Made by a program: the position numbers and the translations under genes
In this document: positions 48,374 to 62,509 of the stretch, piece by piece
How positions within the stretch are numbered: the stretch's first letter is position 1
Layout of the letters: each line of letters starts with the position of its first letter
DNA from: Spongospora subterranea f. sp. subterranea
Taxonomy: Eukaryota
DNA: 64,000 nt
Direction of reading: 5' to 3'
Assembly (NCBI GenBank): GCA_049724395.1
Contig: JAUGWO010000097.1
Span: 62,001-126,000, forward strand
Notes under the pieces: model-generated
The model's input: the letters and a program-made list of their open reading frames with translations, nothing else
What the model was told of the DNA's origin: nothing
Database searches by the model: none

Positions 48374-51300
48374 ATGGAAGGAACCCAACAACAACGGGAA
48401 CTTCTCCCTTCATGCATTCGACCCGTCCACTATGAATTAACTCTAACACCAGACTTGACGGAGTGCACGTTTACTGGCATATGTTCGATCGATGTTGATG
48501 TTTTGTCTTCGACGGACACTATTGTTCTCAATGCAAAAGATATGAAAGTGGAATCAGTGAAAATAAGCTTGGGTATTGCCGTAAAGTCATTTGATATCGA
48601 TACTGCTAAGGACTGGCTCTCTGTTCGCTTAAACAAGCAATTGCCCGTTGGCAAAGCGACTATGTGCGTACCTGTTGTTTCAATAGGAGTTTTCTTCATT
48701 CTCATAATCTGTAAAGCACTTTCAACTACACTGGAATTTTGAATGATAAGATGTGTGGGTTTTATGCAAGTAAGTACGAAAGTTCCGGCGTCCAAAAAAC
48801 CATGGCAGTCACGCAATTCGAGGTTTGTCTTCTCAACCAGGTACTGCTTAATTTGCGATTACGATCAATGAACAGGCATGCGATGCGAGGAGAGCATTAC
48901 CTTGTTGGGACGAGCCTGCGATAAAAGCAACGTTTGGGGTCTCCCTGGTTATTGATAAAGTCCGTATTTTCATTTTTTCATGCAATTCAGTTTTTATGCT
49001 CAGTTATTTCCAGGACCTTGTTGCCGTGAGTAATATGCCAGAAAGTGCAGTGGAGGACATGGGCAACGGTAAAGTCAAGCGAACTTTCAGTAACACTCCC
49101 ATCATGTCCACATACCTATTGGCGTTCATTGCTGGAGAATTTGACAATGTTGAAACGGTAAGTTTTCCTCGGGAATTGTCGTTCGCGCCGAACTTTTTTT
49201 GCTCATTGGTTTCTAATACTCAGGTCTCTCGTGACGGCGTTGTAATTCGCGTTTTTACCCCAGTGGGTGAAAAACGGCAAGGAGAGTTTGCCGTAGATAT
49301 CGCTGTTAAATGTCTTGATTTCTACAACGAATATTTCGAGATCAAGTATCCCTTGCCTAAGGTATTTTTATCAATCCGCTGCGATCATGGACGTCATTAG
49401 CCTTACCTAGCTTGATTTACTTGCAATCCCTGATTTCGCTTCTGGTGCTATGGAAAAGGTCGGACATATATATCATTGCTTGGGAGTGCAACATTTGACT
49501 TTGCCTCGTTTTTCAGTTGGTTTTCGGGAGAATACGATTGTTTCGTTTCTCACAGTTGCGTTTGTAGCTGGGGATGCGTAACATATCGCTCCACTGCTCT
49601 CCTAGTTGATCCGGAAAAGTCTTCAGCTTCAACAAAGCAATATGTGGCGTTAGTTGTTGCCCATGAACTTGCTCATCAATGGTTCGGTAACGTACGTCTT
49701 ACTGTGCAAAGATGTCATTGGATAATTAATGTTGATTTCTCTAGCTCGTGACAATGGAATGGTGGACAGATTTATGGTTAAATGGTAAGTTTTATTCAAA
49801 TGCCAGAAAATATTATCATTTAGTAATAAGATAGAGGGTTTCGCTTCCTGGGTTGAGTATCTTGCAGTCGATCACTTGTTTCCTGATTGGAAAATGTAAT
49901 ACAAATACCCCCTTCATGTTCTTTTATCTTACATTCACTCTTAGGTGGACGCAATTTGTATCTCAGGTATCAACGATCCACTCTCGGCCTGGAATGTCTC
50001 CATTTACAGTTAACAGGACTTTGGGAATGCTCTCTCGTTGGATGCGCTACTAAACTCTCATCCTGTCGAGGTTCCTGTGTTCAAGGCATCTGAAGGTATG
50101 TTCGTTTTCAAAATCATTGTCGTACAACTTCTCACAATTTTTTTTAGTTGATGAAATTTTTGATTCAATCAGCTACTGCAAAGGTTCTCCATCATTCTTG
50201 AAATGGAAGTCGTTCTTTGACCTATTGAAACTAGGTGGTTCGATTATTCGAATGTTGGTCAGCTATCTAGGAGATGAGGCTTTTCGTAAAGGTATCCACG
50301 CTATTACTCTTTGTTTCAAACAACAGTTTTTCATTACGCGTAGGCATGGTTTTGTATTTGAACCGTCATTCGTACGGGAATGCCAGCACTATTGATTTGT
50401 GGAATGCTCTTGGTGAATCGACCGGCAAGCCTGTTGCCTCCGTCATGGAAAAGTGGACGCAGACTCAGGTACAACACCTATGATAAGGCATAACCTGTTA
50501 AGAATTAAATTTTCAGGGATTTCCTGTTATTTTTGTTGAAAATGATCCGACGCATACTAGTTTGTGTCTTCGCCAAGAAAGGCAAGCAGTATGAGATCAA
50601 TTTACAGAGTTGTTTTGATTGGACTCTAGGTTCTTGGTGGAAGGCGTCTCCGATAAATTCACGGCGCAGATTTGGCCCATTCCCATCTCTATGGTGACGG
50701 ACCGTTCCAACCAGCTCTCAATAGGTTTATTTTCGAAAAAAAATGGTATGTTACATTCAAGTGTATTTTTTACAATTCTTATTTTATTCAGAATCCTTCG
50801 CCTTTGGTGAGCTGAAGCCTTCCTTCGTAAAGCTCAACGCTGGTCAATCTGGAGTGTACCGTGTCCGGTATTCTACAGAAATGTTCGATAAAATCATCAC
50901 CGCCATCAAGGACTCGAAATTGACAGATCCTGCAGACAGGTCCGTTCGCCATCGCGTCTTGACTTGCACAATGAAAACCGTTATGTAGACTTGGTGTACA
51001 AAATGACGCAATTGCATTGGCTCAAGCTGGACTTTTGCAAACACCGAACGTTTTGAATTTGCTGCTGTCTTACGTCAGTGAAACGAATTATACTGTATGG
51101 TCGGATATCATGTCAGCCAATGTCGGCAAAGTTAAAGGGTAAGGCTGGTTGAGTAATGGATTTTCGCGTTTTTAACTTGAATGTTAGATTGCTGATCATG
51201 GATAAGGAGCTGTATCACAAATTCAAGCAGTTCGTTCAAGAATTATTGAGAGATGTTGCTACGCTCGTAGGATGGGATGCTAAACCGGCTGATGATCACC

Positions 51301-52107
51301 TCACGTCAATGTTGAGAAGTCTAGTTATTCCTAAGATTGGTTATAAACATGTTCTTGATCAAATATTCCGGGCTGACACATATGCTCTTCAGGTATTAAT
51401 GGAGACCCTTCTACAATTGCTGAAGCTTTGAGGCGTTTCGATTTATTTGCGGAGTCAAATTTCCAGTCCGATCTTTCACCGGATTTGAGAACTGGTGTAT
51501 ATTGTATCGCCATTGCAAATCGTGGTGTTTCAGCTTATGAAACGCTTTTGAAGCTTTATCGAACAACCTCCTCACCAAGAAGAAAAGGTTCTGACACATT
51601 TATCTTTGTGACCGTTGATATCTTATTCAATTGTTGTTAGGTGCGCATTCTCTCGTCCCTTGGAGCTGCTGAAGATCCTGCACTTCTTCAAAGCGCAATA
51701 GATTTATGTTTTTCTAATGACGTTCGCAAGCAAGACATCATGTACATCCTTCGAGGAGTGGCGGCTAATCCGTTAGGTGTTAAGCTGGCTTGGCAATGGC
51801 TTCAAGATCATTATGACGAAATTGTCAAAAGCTTCGGCAATGGTCCGAACTTTAGCCGATTGATTTCTTATGCCACAAGTAATTTTACTTCGCATGAGAT
51901 GGCGAAAGAGGTGATTTCGATTGTTTTCGCCTGCACTCAAAACCAATCTTATTGTGTTTCCAGATATCCACATTTTTTGATAATCACGAAGCAGTTGGAG
52001 CTGAACGTACAATTAAACAAAGCATCGAACAGATTGAAGCAGCTGCGTCTTGGCTTGCGCGTGATCGGGAAGTTCTGAAGAATTGGCTTGGTACCCGTTA
52101 CGGATGA
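48374..52107 (+). CDS. M1 family puromycin-sensitive-like aminopeptidase
   Basis: [75 protein letters not shown]. About 20 short introns including one GC-AG. Frameshift near 51570. Confidence 0.97.
49458..49567 (+). other. Candidate [D1,2] spliceosomal twin intron (stwintron)
   Basis: The GAMEN|WG reading frame requires removal of 49458-49567, which begins GG. An internal GT-AG intron (49459-49516, 58 nt) sits between the G and T of an external GTTGGT..AG intron (52 nt). Confidence 0.68.
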
Positions 52108-52501
52108 GTTTTGATTTACAATTCGATCAGCATAAACGGCAATGGTTGTTTTTATGATTTTTAAATTGGAAAAGTAAAAGAACGCCTCAGCGCTCAGTTG
52201 TGACCATGGAAATCTCAGAAACGGCTTTTAATCTTCAGTTCTATCTCGGTGCTGCTCGCCACATGGATTAGTTTGAAGTCGATGAAAATTGTACAGATTT
52301 TTGCGAATGAGATGGCAAAATGGACTCAAAATGGCCGTGCTGTCCGTGAATAGCGCGGTTTATTCTGATGATACATTAGGTTATGTTAAAGCTGAAACAT
52401 CATCCTGACCCTTATCCTGGTCCAGATAACGGGCTCAGAGGATTATAAAACACAGCTCTGATCGTGAGGCACCGTCGCCTGATACACAGCCAATCGGGGC
52501 G

Positions 52502-55500
52502 ATGGGCAACCAGCTCGGTATGGGCCAGGCTGGTGGCTCCCTACACGATTTGCCGTCGTTGCTACTGGAGCTTTCACCAAATCTTACCTTTCGCCGCAAT
52601 TTGGGCGGGGGAAAGGTACCAGGACAATGATATTTCAACGCCATCGGACAATGGCGTTGTACTAATGGCGCATTAACAGGTGCTGAAAACCATCAAGTGT
52701 AGTCATGGCGATGGTACCTTAGTTGTGAAAATATATATCCGCCGAGACCCATCGTTAACGCTCCTAACATCTTATGGATCCGAACTTGACCTGATTGCCA
52801 CACGCTGCGGCTCAACCCCATCCCTTCTCTCGTTTATATCCTGGCATGTTTCGTCGCGCGCAGCGTTTCTTGTCCGTCCCTTTATCGCTAGTAATTTGCA
52901 TGAGAGATTTCATTCACGACCATTCATAACTCATATGGAGAAGGTTCCCGTGTGTTTGTCAAGTCTTTAAGCTTCGGTTGACTTGTTGATCTTAGGCATG
53001 GATAACTTATTCTTTCCTAAGAGCGGTCGAGAAGCTCCATGGATTTGGAATATGCCACTCTGATATAAAGTCAGAAAGTTCGTGCTGTTTTATCGTTTCA
53101 GTGGAAATCTGTTTCTGAATTAACACTGTAGATGTTTTGTTGACGTCGTTTCAATGGGTGATACTGGCGGATGTATCGTCTTTTTTCAAACCAGTTTTGA
53201 TACCAGACGATAATCCATTCGGATTTTCACACTTTCTTTGACTCTTGCCGAGATGCATCTCAGCGACCGAGATGTTATATCGCCCCTGAGAGGCACGTTT
53301 GTCAACACCTTCATTACGCTAGGTTAAAATAGTCCCTATAGATTCACTAGCACAGTCAACATTGATGGCTCAGAAGGAAGCAAATTGCACCCTTCAATGG
53401 ACATATTCTCCTCAGGCTGCGTTATATCCGAAATATTTTTGGAGGGAGAAGCATTGGTAATTATCAATATCGATGTTATATTGATTTGTTTGTAAGCCTG
53501 AGACTTAGTTTGACCTTCTCCATTTACTGTCGTATAAGAAGAATCAGTTCGACCCGAGTTCATCAATCGATAAAATCGACTGCGCCGAAGCTCGACAGCT
53601 GGTTAGGCAGTGCATTGAATTGGACCCTGAGCAACGCCCGACAGCGTCGGAATGTCTCAAAAGATTTGGAGGTCATAAACAGGTTGCATGCGGAAAATGT
53701 GCCAATTCTTTCAACAGGAACGTTATTTCCTGAGGCGTTTCCCATCATGTATGAAGTTTTAGAACAATCTGTCAATGAAAATTTCGCTTTACCTGATGAT
53801 AAGATATCGCATCTCTGGTCCACGTTCCCGGAACTTTTGACGTCTATCAGCGGCAATCCCAGGGCATCCAAGCTCAACAAAGTCTTCTCTAGACTGAATC
53901 GTTTTCCGGAAAGCTTTATAGGCGGGTCAACGTGAATCGTGATTTTGTTATTCTGAATACAGAGCAGGTACCAAAGAATGCCAGAGTCGCTGCGAAAGCT
54001 CAGCCGGAGATTCTCCTGGATCTGTACCGACAAAGCAGTGTCCTGTTGACCAGGAACCCCCATCGAGCAACGCTGGGGATCAAACTCCGCTTAGGGATCA
54101 ACATGATCATCTGGATAACGGTTCCACAAGCGCTATTCCTCTTCCTCTAGTGTTATTTGGTGGGGTTATTTCGCGATTTTCATGCCCGGTAATTAATATT
54201 CTCCCGTTTAGTTTGCGCAAACATGAGAAACGCTGTTAGGTCGGAATCGAAACTGATGGCTATCGAAATGTTAGAGTCACTCGCCTTTGCTGTCAACGAC
54301 TTCACTCGCACTAATAGGATTGTTCCTTTTATTATCGCCATGACCTCGGATCCCAAGTAATCTCTTTATGTTGTTCCCATACTCAGGAGTAGCTCACTGT
54401 GGTTCATAGTGCCTTAGTCAGGGCGGTCTCCATTTCTGTATTGACCAAAGTTCTTCGTCTTGTCAAAGCTCTGTCTTCAGTTGATAAACATATCTGGGCA
54501 GAGTAAGAATCCGGTACATGCAACAGAATGCGTTTGTTGATTTTATCCAAGGTATATCTTCCCGTCGCTGGCGCCGTTGCCGTCAGACCCCCACGAAATT
54601 GTAAAAATCAGTTTTGCTCAGGTCTGATATCTTGCGCGTTTTCTTTATCAATATCTTACCTGTGAACAGAATATCGCAACGTTGGCTGATACTGCCCGTC
54701 GGTTTTTCGACATGGAGTACACTGATGATAGAAACGTACCCATTTTAAAGACGTCCGAAAAGGATTTAGAAGTGATATTTTCATGATCAATTTTGCCGAA
54801 TTTTCTGACAGTAGTCCATCTAGGTGCTGCAGTCAAGCATCTGTCAGCTGGTTGGGGATGCGTTAACGGCAAGTAGCAGCTGCGTGAAGATCGCAATCTT
54901 ATCCGACATTGCCAGGCTTGGCATTTTTTTCGGCAAGGATCGGTGCAATAATTGGCTATTACCGATGCTTATCTCCGTTCTCAACGATCGAGATTGGCAA
55001 CTAAGGGCTGGTAAGTTTCACATAACGTTGAGCATGGTGGTCTTTCTCACGATCCTTTGATTTAGCTTTTTTCTGTAATGCCATCGGAATTTCAATTTAC
55101 GTGGGGACAGTAGCTTTCCAAAATTTTTTGCTTCCCTGTATCGAGCAAGCCTTATTCGATGTAGAAGAAACCGTAGTTATACGCGCTTTGGAAGCGTTAA
55201 TCGCTCAAGTAGAAATCGGTATGGAAAAATTCGCGGCGTGTCAATTTCTCTAGGTTCAAAGCTGTTCATATTAGGGTTGTTCGAGCAAAAAGTTCTTATC
55301 AACGTGGCAAGCCGGGTTATTCCACTACTTTGTCATCCGTCTACTTGGATAAGGCTAACATCCCTTAATTTTATCTGCGGCGTCATTCGACATTTAGGCC
55401 CGGTTAAGTTTTATTGCTTTTCTGGGCCCGTATTTCCCACCCTTTCTTCATCCCCAATCTGAGATTTTTCTTTATTCGAAGTAAGTCCGAGTATTTTGGT

Positions 55501-58176
55501 CTCAACAATGTTGATGAATTTTGTAGAGTCGCTTTGATGCGCTGTTTGCGTCCACCGCTTAGCCGAACCGCTTTCATTTCCCGCGTATCCGTTGATGACC
55601 CAAATGAGCGACATGTTCTTGACGCGATGATGCCTTATCTAAATGGGGTCAACGCAGCCTTACAGCAAAGGATACAGAGCAAGCAAGCGAATCATGACAA
55701 GACCGAGGTATCTCATGGTCGGCCCAATGGTTATCATCGTCTGATAAGTTTTTTTCCAGGCAGAGTTGCTCGAAAAATATGTACAGCTTCCCGAATCCAG
55801 CCACCTTTATTCGATTGCCTTTGAACATACCGTTCCCGATGTATATAGGCAGGTGTGATAATTTGCTGCAAATTTCTTTCTCATCATTTACCTCCGTAAT
55901 CACAATTAGGCAATCGTAGTTGAAGTTCGCGCCCTTGAGACGAGCTCCTCGTGTCATCTCGCATCTGAATTGAACAATATGCAGGGAAAATCCAGGCAAA
56001 AAGAGATACCAGGTGCGATTTATTCTACACCACTATTTGAGCTGCAGAACTTAATTGCTTGCAAAGCTGCAGGAGAAAATGAAATTCCCTCTTGCTCGTC
56101 AATTGGTCAGCACAAGTTTCCACGATTGATTGACGTATTTCAGGTATGTTTTATATTGCCCATACCACGACGTCTTCGTTAACCTCGACCTTGTAGAAGC
56201 GGTTAGTGCTGAGGTCGGAGATCAAATACGGTTCCCAAGGTTGTACTCGTCATTCTAGTAAAACAGCGCCGCCCGGTATCTGCCCTTCTTTAGGTATCGC
56301 TTTTCTATTACTCTACCGGTTTACTGACCACAATCCTAATGGAAAAGGTGTCCCGCTTGACCTTGTTGATCTCGGTGTTTGCCATGCTCAGTCATTATCT
56401 GCGTCTTGGGTCTATGGGAACAGTAGCCCGCCCTATGATCGTCGCATGAGCCAACATCCTCATGCGTGGAGACCGCAAGGAGTGCTTGTGACTGATCTTA
56501 AAGAGCATCGCTCAGCGGTAACTCAGGTATTTTTTTCGATGCCAATAAGTATTACCGAACTCGTTACCAAGCGCAACATGGTAGATGAGCGTCTCGCGAG
56601 ATAATCAATTCGTTTGCAGTGCTAGCCTAGACGGCTCAATCCGAATATGGGACTGTCATCGACTAGAGAAATCTGTTTCGGCGTCGTCTCAGTTGGTCCA
56701 CAATGTCGATGGTGGCGTCACCTCGTTAACGGTTTGTGACGCATCTCATTCCGTTGCGTTTGGGACCGCGACCGGTAGCGTTATTTGCCAATTACGTGTA
56801 CCGACTTTGTTTGATAATATATTTATAGGCGTTGTTGAGGTCTTTCGTATCGAATGCACTGTACGAAAAGACGGCTCTGCTGACCGGTACGTCGGTGCCA
56901 CGTCGTTACTGAAACAAGAATCCAACAATGGCCCCATCGCTTCGGTATTCTATTGGTGACTACGTGTTTGCCTTTTGACACCAGTAATTTAGATACAACA
57001 TGCGAACAAGTTGTCAGAATCAATGCTTGTTTACGCCACTGAAAATGGCCGGATCGTGGGCCGGGATCTCAGGTACCCGTTCCTTGTGTTATCTCCTTCA
57101 TTCGGTGACTTTTGTTTGTCGGTTTGATCAGATCACGTCAGGAGGCTTTCTCAATGAGCATTCCAATTCATCATGGACTTTTGAGTCACATGCAAATTGG
57201 GCCATCAATTTATTCAATTGTTACCGGTTCTGTTCGTGGATATGTTTCAATTGTAGGATGTCGTATTTGTTTTCTGTTCCCAATCTTAGACTTAACCGGT
57301 TCCACTGGCTCACTATCAGTTTGACGCCCGGTTTCACGTGGCCGTATCGTCTTGGCGCCATTCCTCACATTCGCCTATATCATGTTTACGTGCTTGCCCT
57401 GTCACCAGCGTTGTTGCTCCTAGTAGCAAACTTCGGCATCCGGAAGAAGGCCCGCTAGCGTTTATTGGAACATTCGGAGATAATACGGTCACTGCTTTCG
57501 ACCTTCTCACTGGGGATTCAAGAGCTTGTTTTCTTACAGAAGAAAACAGTAATTTCTAGGCAATTTGAGCTGCTTGCTGATATCTGACGTCTTGTTTTGT
57601 GTTTTCCTTAGCCAATTTGCCTTATCTCGAAGCGGATCGTAAAGATTACGTCAACATTGCAGAAGAGATAGCCACATGGCCTCCAAAACCGTTAGGTAAT
57701 CAGGGAATATCAAGCGTTCTTCACTGCCCTGGATCTTGGGTCATCACCTCGTCTTGGAACCAGCAAATAATGTTCTGGGATTTATCGGAGCCGCGTGCTT
57801 CCTATTTCATTTCAGATGGAGGTGGAAGTAGGGCTACAGGCTCATACACGGGCCGGCTTGAACATGATGTTGCAGTATTTCAGGTTGTTTCGTTTTTTTT
57901 TTGAATTTGCCCCATCTGGCCATTGCACTAAGTTGAATGTCTAGGATTGCAGCGAAAATATTCCATGTAGTGAAGATTTGTTGAGGCCACGACGCCGCGG
58001 TCCCGTCTCCGCGGATACATCCCATTCCGATATCATTACACATATGGTCGCCTTGCAGCTTCCTCAGAAAATGCTGGTACGTCATTGCCACGATTTGGGT
58101 TGTGGCAGAGTATGAGCCGCTTTGTTTTTTTCAGTTAACAAGTAGCCGTGACGGGAGAATAAAAGTATGGATTTGA
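52502..58176 (+). CDS. VPS15: Vps15 / PI3K regulatory subunit 4
   Basis: MGNQL myristoylation start, kinase region (HSDIKSENV, CYIAPERF, MDIFSSGCVI), HEAT region (LLPMLISVLNDRDWQLR), WD40 region (WRPQGVLV..EH, SRDGRIKVW). Many introns and apparent 1-nt indels. Confidence 0.95.
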
Positions 58177-58302
58177 CAGAAATTTATTATTTCATTATTT
58201 ATCTACAATACAAAATTTATCATATTGAGTCTATGAGTGTTATAACGTTGTTTTGGTTTCACACAAATGATATTATTCGAAGATATTTTAAACTTAATCG
58301 CT

Positions 58303-61300
58303 TCAGGCGTTTGAATGAGAGTCTTCAGATTCTTGTTTGCTATTTTCTGAATCCACGTCTTGATGAACGTTGATTTGCGCCCATGAAATCGGGACCTGCT
58401 TATAAGCATGGAGATAGGAACGCTGCGTTTCCGCGCGAAGCAGCGTATCGACTTTTTTCCTCATATATATTCCACTTAAGTTCCGGCGAGTTATCATTCC
58501 GGCAATCTGCATGGAATCAGCAACATGAGAGGAATTCAAACTGGACTTACTTGATTTTGTCTGTTAACGACCCTAAAAAACGAGAGTCAGCCTAACCGCC
58601 ATGAAAAAGGCAAAATACCGACCATAGATGGCGAAGGCCCATTGTCCGAAATAGGTCAAAGGCGTGCACAACGGGAGAATTCTCTTGTACAGCGTAGGGA
58701 GAGGGATTCATATATGGCTGATATCAGCGATTAATTGCGATAGAAACCGACAATACGAAATTCGTTACAGTTAAATTTATCCATAAATCGAGCTCATCCC
58801 CTACTAATTTTACTTGTTCAATATTTGGATATCTGTACTTCAATAATGAATCGAAAATCAATGATTAAAAACAATTATGGCACCGGCCTTGGATAGGAAT
58901 TTTCAAAATGTAAGAAGTCCAGTCTGTGAGGGGTGGCGTGCGTAGGCCGAAGACGGTGAAAGTCGCGGTTGATTAGAATGATGATTAGATAGCTTCTTGA
59001 TATTGATCCTCGATAGTCGACTCTAATATCAAGTTTGAGGTAGAACACTATAATTGAAATGGGTTTACGAGTTAGGCGTGTCAGACTCCACCACAGGATA
59101 ACAATTGTGCGGGTGCTCAAACACGATCCGAAAAACATCGCGAACTCGACAAATCTCAGAAACAGTAACGAGCTCGGGCTCCATAACGTCCTGAAAGTAA
59201 TAAAGGATAACTAATTTGAAAATATAGGAAATACCTGAGACTTTACCGAGGCTTGAAGGTATTCAGCGACAACAAGAGGCTTGGAAGGAAGATACGACAG
59301 ATGTTTCAAATGGATGTGGATGTCGTATAGGTTGTCGTTGAAAAAATCTCCGGCCCACTTACTGAACACTAACGCAAGCATAACAGGCAGCCCATATTGA
59401 ATATTTCCTGTGGCTTCAATCAAAATCACGGTCAACGATATGGTCATTCGAGCCATGCCGCCTAGATTCCGTCATTAGACAACAGAACTCGAATTAAATT
59501 CATCAAACCTAAAAACGACGCTGCGCCGATCAAAGCATATATTCCGCTGTTGACATCCCCGAAAATTCCTAGAGAATTGAGATTCTCTCCGACCTGATCG
59601 CGTGATGATTAGCAAGTTCAGTGTTGGTCAGATGTGTGCTCGCTCACAATTCTACCAAAGGCGGCTCCAGCAAGAAGATTTGGCACAAATAAACCACTTG
59701 GAACTGATATTCCGTATGTCATGCAACTTAAAATATAGGTCACCACCATGAATAAGATCATATTGAACAAACCTAATGTAAACCGTCAGCTGGTAATTGA
59801 ATTGAGAACTGGAGAGATTGTACCGAAATGCTCCTCTGAGTGGAAAAGAATCTTGACAACAGACTCTGCAGGGCTAAAAAATATAGTTCCAGTCAAGCTG
59901 TATTGGCCCTACGAGACGATGTCAACAATATCGAACAAAAATCAGAGAAATGTGATAACGCATCGAACCGGTTGGCAGCTAAATTGAATCCGAGAAGCCC
60001 CAGAAGAATCAGCCGCGATACAATCAGGTCGGAATAGCGGGATTGATATTGCAAGCAGAGCCGCGACTGAACTGAACAAAAGCACTTCTAGGAACCGAAG
60101 AATCGGGGCCTTCAGTTTCTCGTATCGCCATTTACAAAGCATGCCATTGCAGTGATTAAACCCGGCTCCGAATAGTCCTCCACAAATTCCTGTCCAACCA
60201 ACAGCCTAAATAAAAACACGATCGCTGTTCATCTCCAACATACCCATAGCTATGAAAATCGGAACTTCTTTCAGCCTGTATATGCATGTGTTGGAAGAGA
60301 AGCTGGGAATCAGGCCGAAGGCGAAGGCGGAACCGGCCGGGATACCTTGACCACTGATGCTGAGAACATTCAAAATAAATGCAGAGGATAGTGCAGTGAA
60401 AAACGCCCTCAGTGTCAACGATGTGCTCCAAAAAGAAGAACTCTCCTCTAAAAACGAAAACAGGCAATTGTCAGTCGCTGAAATTTGGGCTTTTTGAAGA
60501 CAGTACCAATTGCAAACAGAACGCCGCCCAATGGAGCACCAAATGCGCACGCCACACCAGCAGCCGTTCCACATGCGATGAAATCCCTCTTCTCACTAAA
60601 CGAGACCAGGAGCATTAAAAAAGCGAATACCAGTGCAGTCGTCATACCGATCGTTGCGAAAAGGTCGAAAGAGATTCAGCTTGGTATCTAGACCTAACGT
60701 TGAAGATTTGCCCTATTCAAGCCAGGTTAACTCGTAGATGAGATATTGGAACGAGAAGATACTTGTGACAGCCCGGCGCCACATATAGCGCCAATATGGA
60801 TCATGGGCCCTTCACGACCAATGGGCAATCCAGAAGCAACACCAAAAACAATGCCTACAGTGCTATGTTAGCAAAATTTTCCAACTGATTTGAAATTAAA
60901 ATTCACCGATCGACTTGCTGAATAGAGTCTTCAATCGAACAGCACGTGGAATCTTGACGCCGTTCAAAATGCATTTGATTTCGGGAATACCGCTACCTCC
61001 AGCGACAGGTTCATAGAATGCAATGACAGCTGCCGATACCGCTGATAAAAGGGTCGATATGCTGACGTATAGGCCGATGACGACGAAGGTGTTGTCGGAA
61101 TTGAGCATGGCGCTCTATTTTGGAACATCATTATCGAAAACGTTGTGCACATACGAGAACGATACCTCGATGGTACCGTATTTCCATCGTTCAAGCATAT
61201 TGATGGTTTTACCGATTGCGAAGGCGATGATGGCAATGGCCGCAGCGATGACGAATGTGAGAATCCATCGCCATAATTTCTCATTTCGTCGATCCGATAA

Positions 61301-61595
61301 TGATCGATTTCTCGTATATGCGGTCCTAACCTACTCCATATTGGCAAGCGCTGGGTTTGGAATGGTCAAAATGAAACATAACTATATTACCAGGGAGTTG
61401 GGTATCTCAAAATCTACACCATTATCAGCTGGATCCAATGAAATTATTTCATATTATACCGAAACTGTCGAACAGATGTGGAGACTGAACTTCAGTTTTG
61501 AAATGGCTAACAATGGATCGGAAAACAGGATTGGATCTTCTTGGTGATAGAAGGGGTATTGAGGCTTGATCAGAATTACTGGAAGACATAGTCAT
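58303..61595 (-). CDS. CLC chloride/proton antiporter (CLC-6/7-like) with CBS domains
   Basis: [17 protein letters not shown] (gating Glu), [14 protein letters not shown] (proton Glu), [24 protein letters not shown] and C-terminal CBS segments. Checked introns splice in frame. Confidence 0.95.
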
Positions 61596-61860
61596 TCAAC
61601 TCAACGATCCCAGATAATAATAACAAGCAAAAGTTATACACAAGATGTCATGCCGCAAACTACACTTATAGGGATCAGTCGGGTGCCGTTACTGCCTACT
61701 GGCGGACTGGAGCCCGCCATGGCTCAGGTCTGCTCAAGTTGATTTATGACATGACACCAGGGCTGCATCAACTGTGTAGCGATTCATACTGGGTGAAGTG
61801 GGGCTGTTGTGGTACGTACACCCTCTATCATCAACGCTACCTACCAGTATGGTGCCCTGG

Positions 61861-62170
61861 CAACGCTACCGCAGTTATCATCGCGTACAGTAGCGGTAAT
61901 GTTGGAGTGGTAATGCACTATGTTACCCCCTGTCATCCACAGCAACGCTACCACAGTTATCATCACGTAGCAGTAATGTAGGAGTAGTAATGCACTATGT
62001 TACCCCCTGTCATCCACAGCAACGCTACCACAGTTATCATCACGTAGCAGTAATGCACTATGTTACCCCCTGTCATCCACAGCAACGCTACCACAGTTAT
62101 CATCACGTAGCAGTAATGCACTATGTTACCCCCTGTCATCCACAGCAACGTTAATCACATAGCAGTAATG
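61861..62170. repeat. Minisatellite, 63-bp unit, ~4.5 copies
   Basis: Unit agtaatgcactatgttaccccctgtcatccacagcaacgctaccacagttatcatcacgtagc. The early copies carry a ~15-bp insertion. Confidence 0.93.
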
Positions 62171-62509
62171 TTGGACTGTACGAGTGATTATTATCCATAT
62201 CCACGGTATCGTCGCTCATTATAACGAAATAATGTCGCAATGTGTTGAACTACCCAGGAAGCAGTGCCAAGCATCACCGCCTTTCTCACTTTGACTCTGT
62301 TCTTTCCTGCGTGGAACAGGAACCGCTGAACCGGAATCAAACCCAATCTCATAGGAGTACCAGGTAAAGTTGGATTCCGGTAGCCAAGTTGAAATTAATC
62401 GTGTTAGGAAGGCTGACCTTCAATATATATACCAATTTTATCAGTTTTTACCAAGCGCTGCTAAGATTGGATTCTCTACGTGAGGATCTGATAGGTGGTA
62501 GATTATTTG

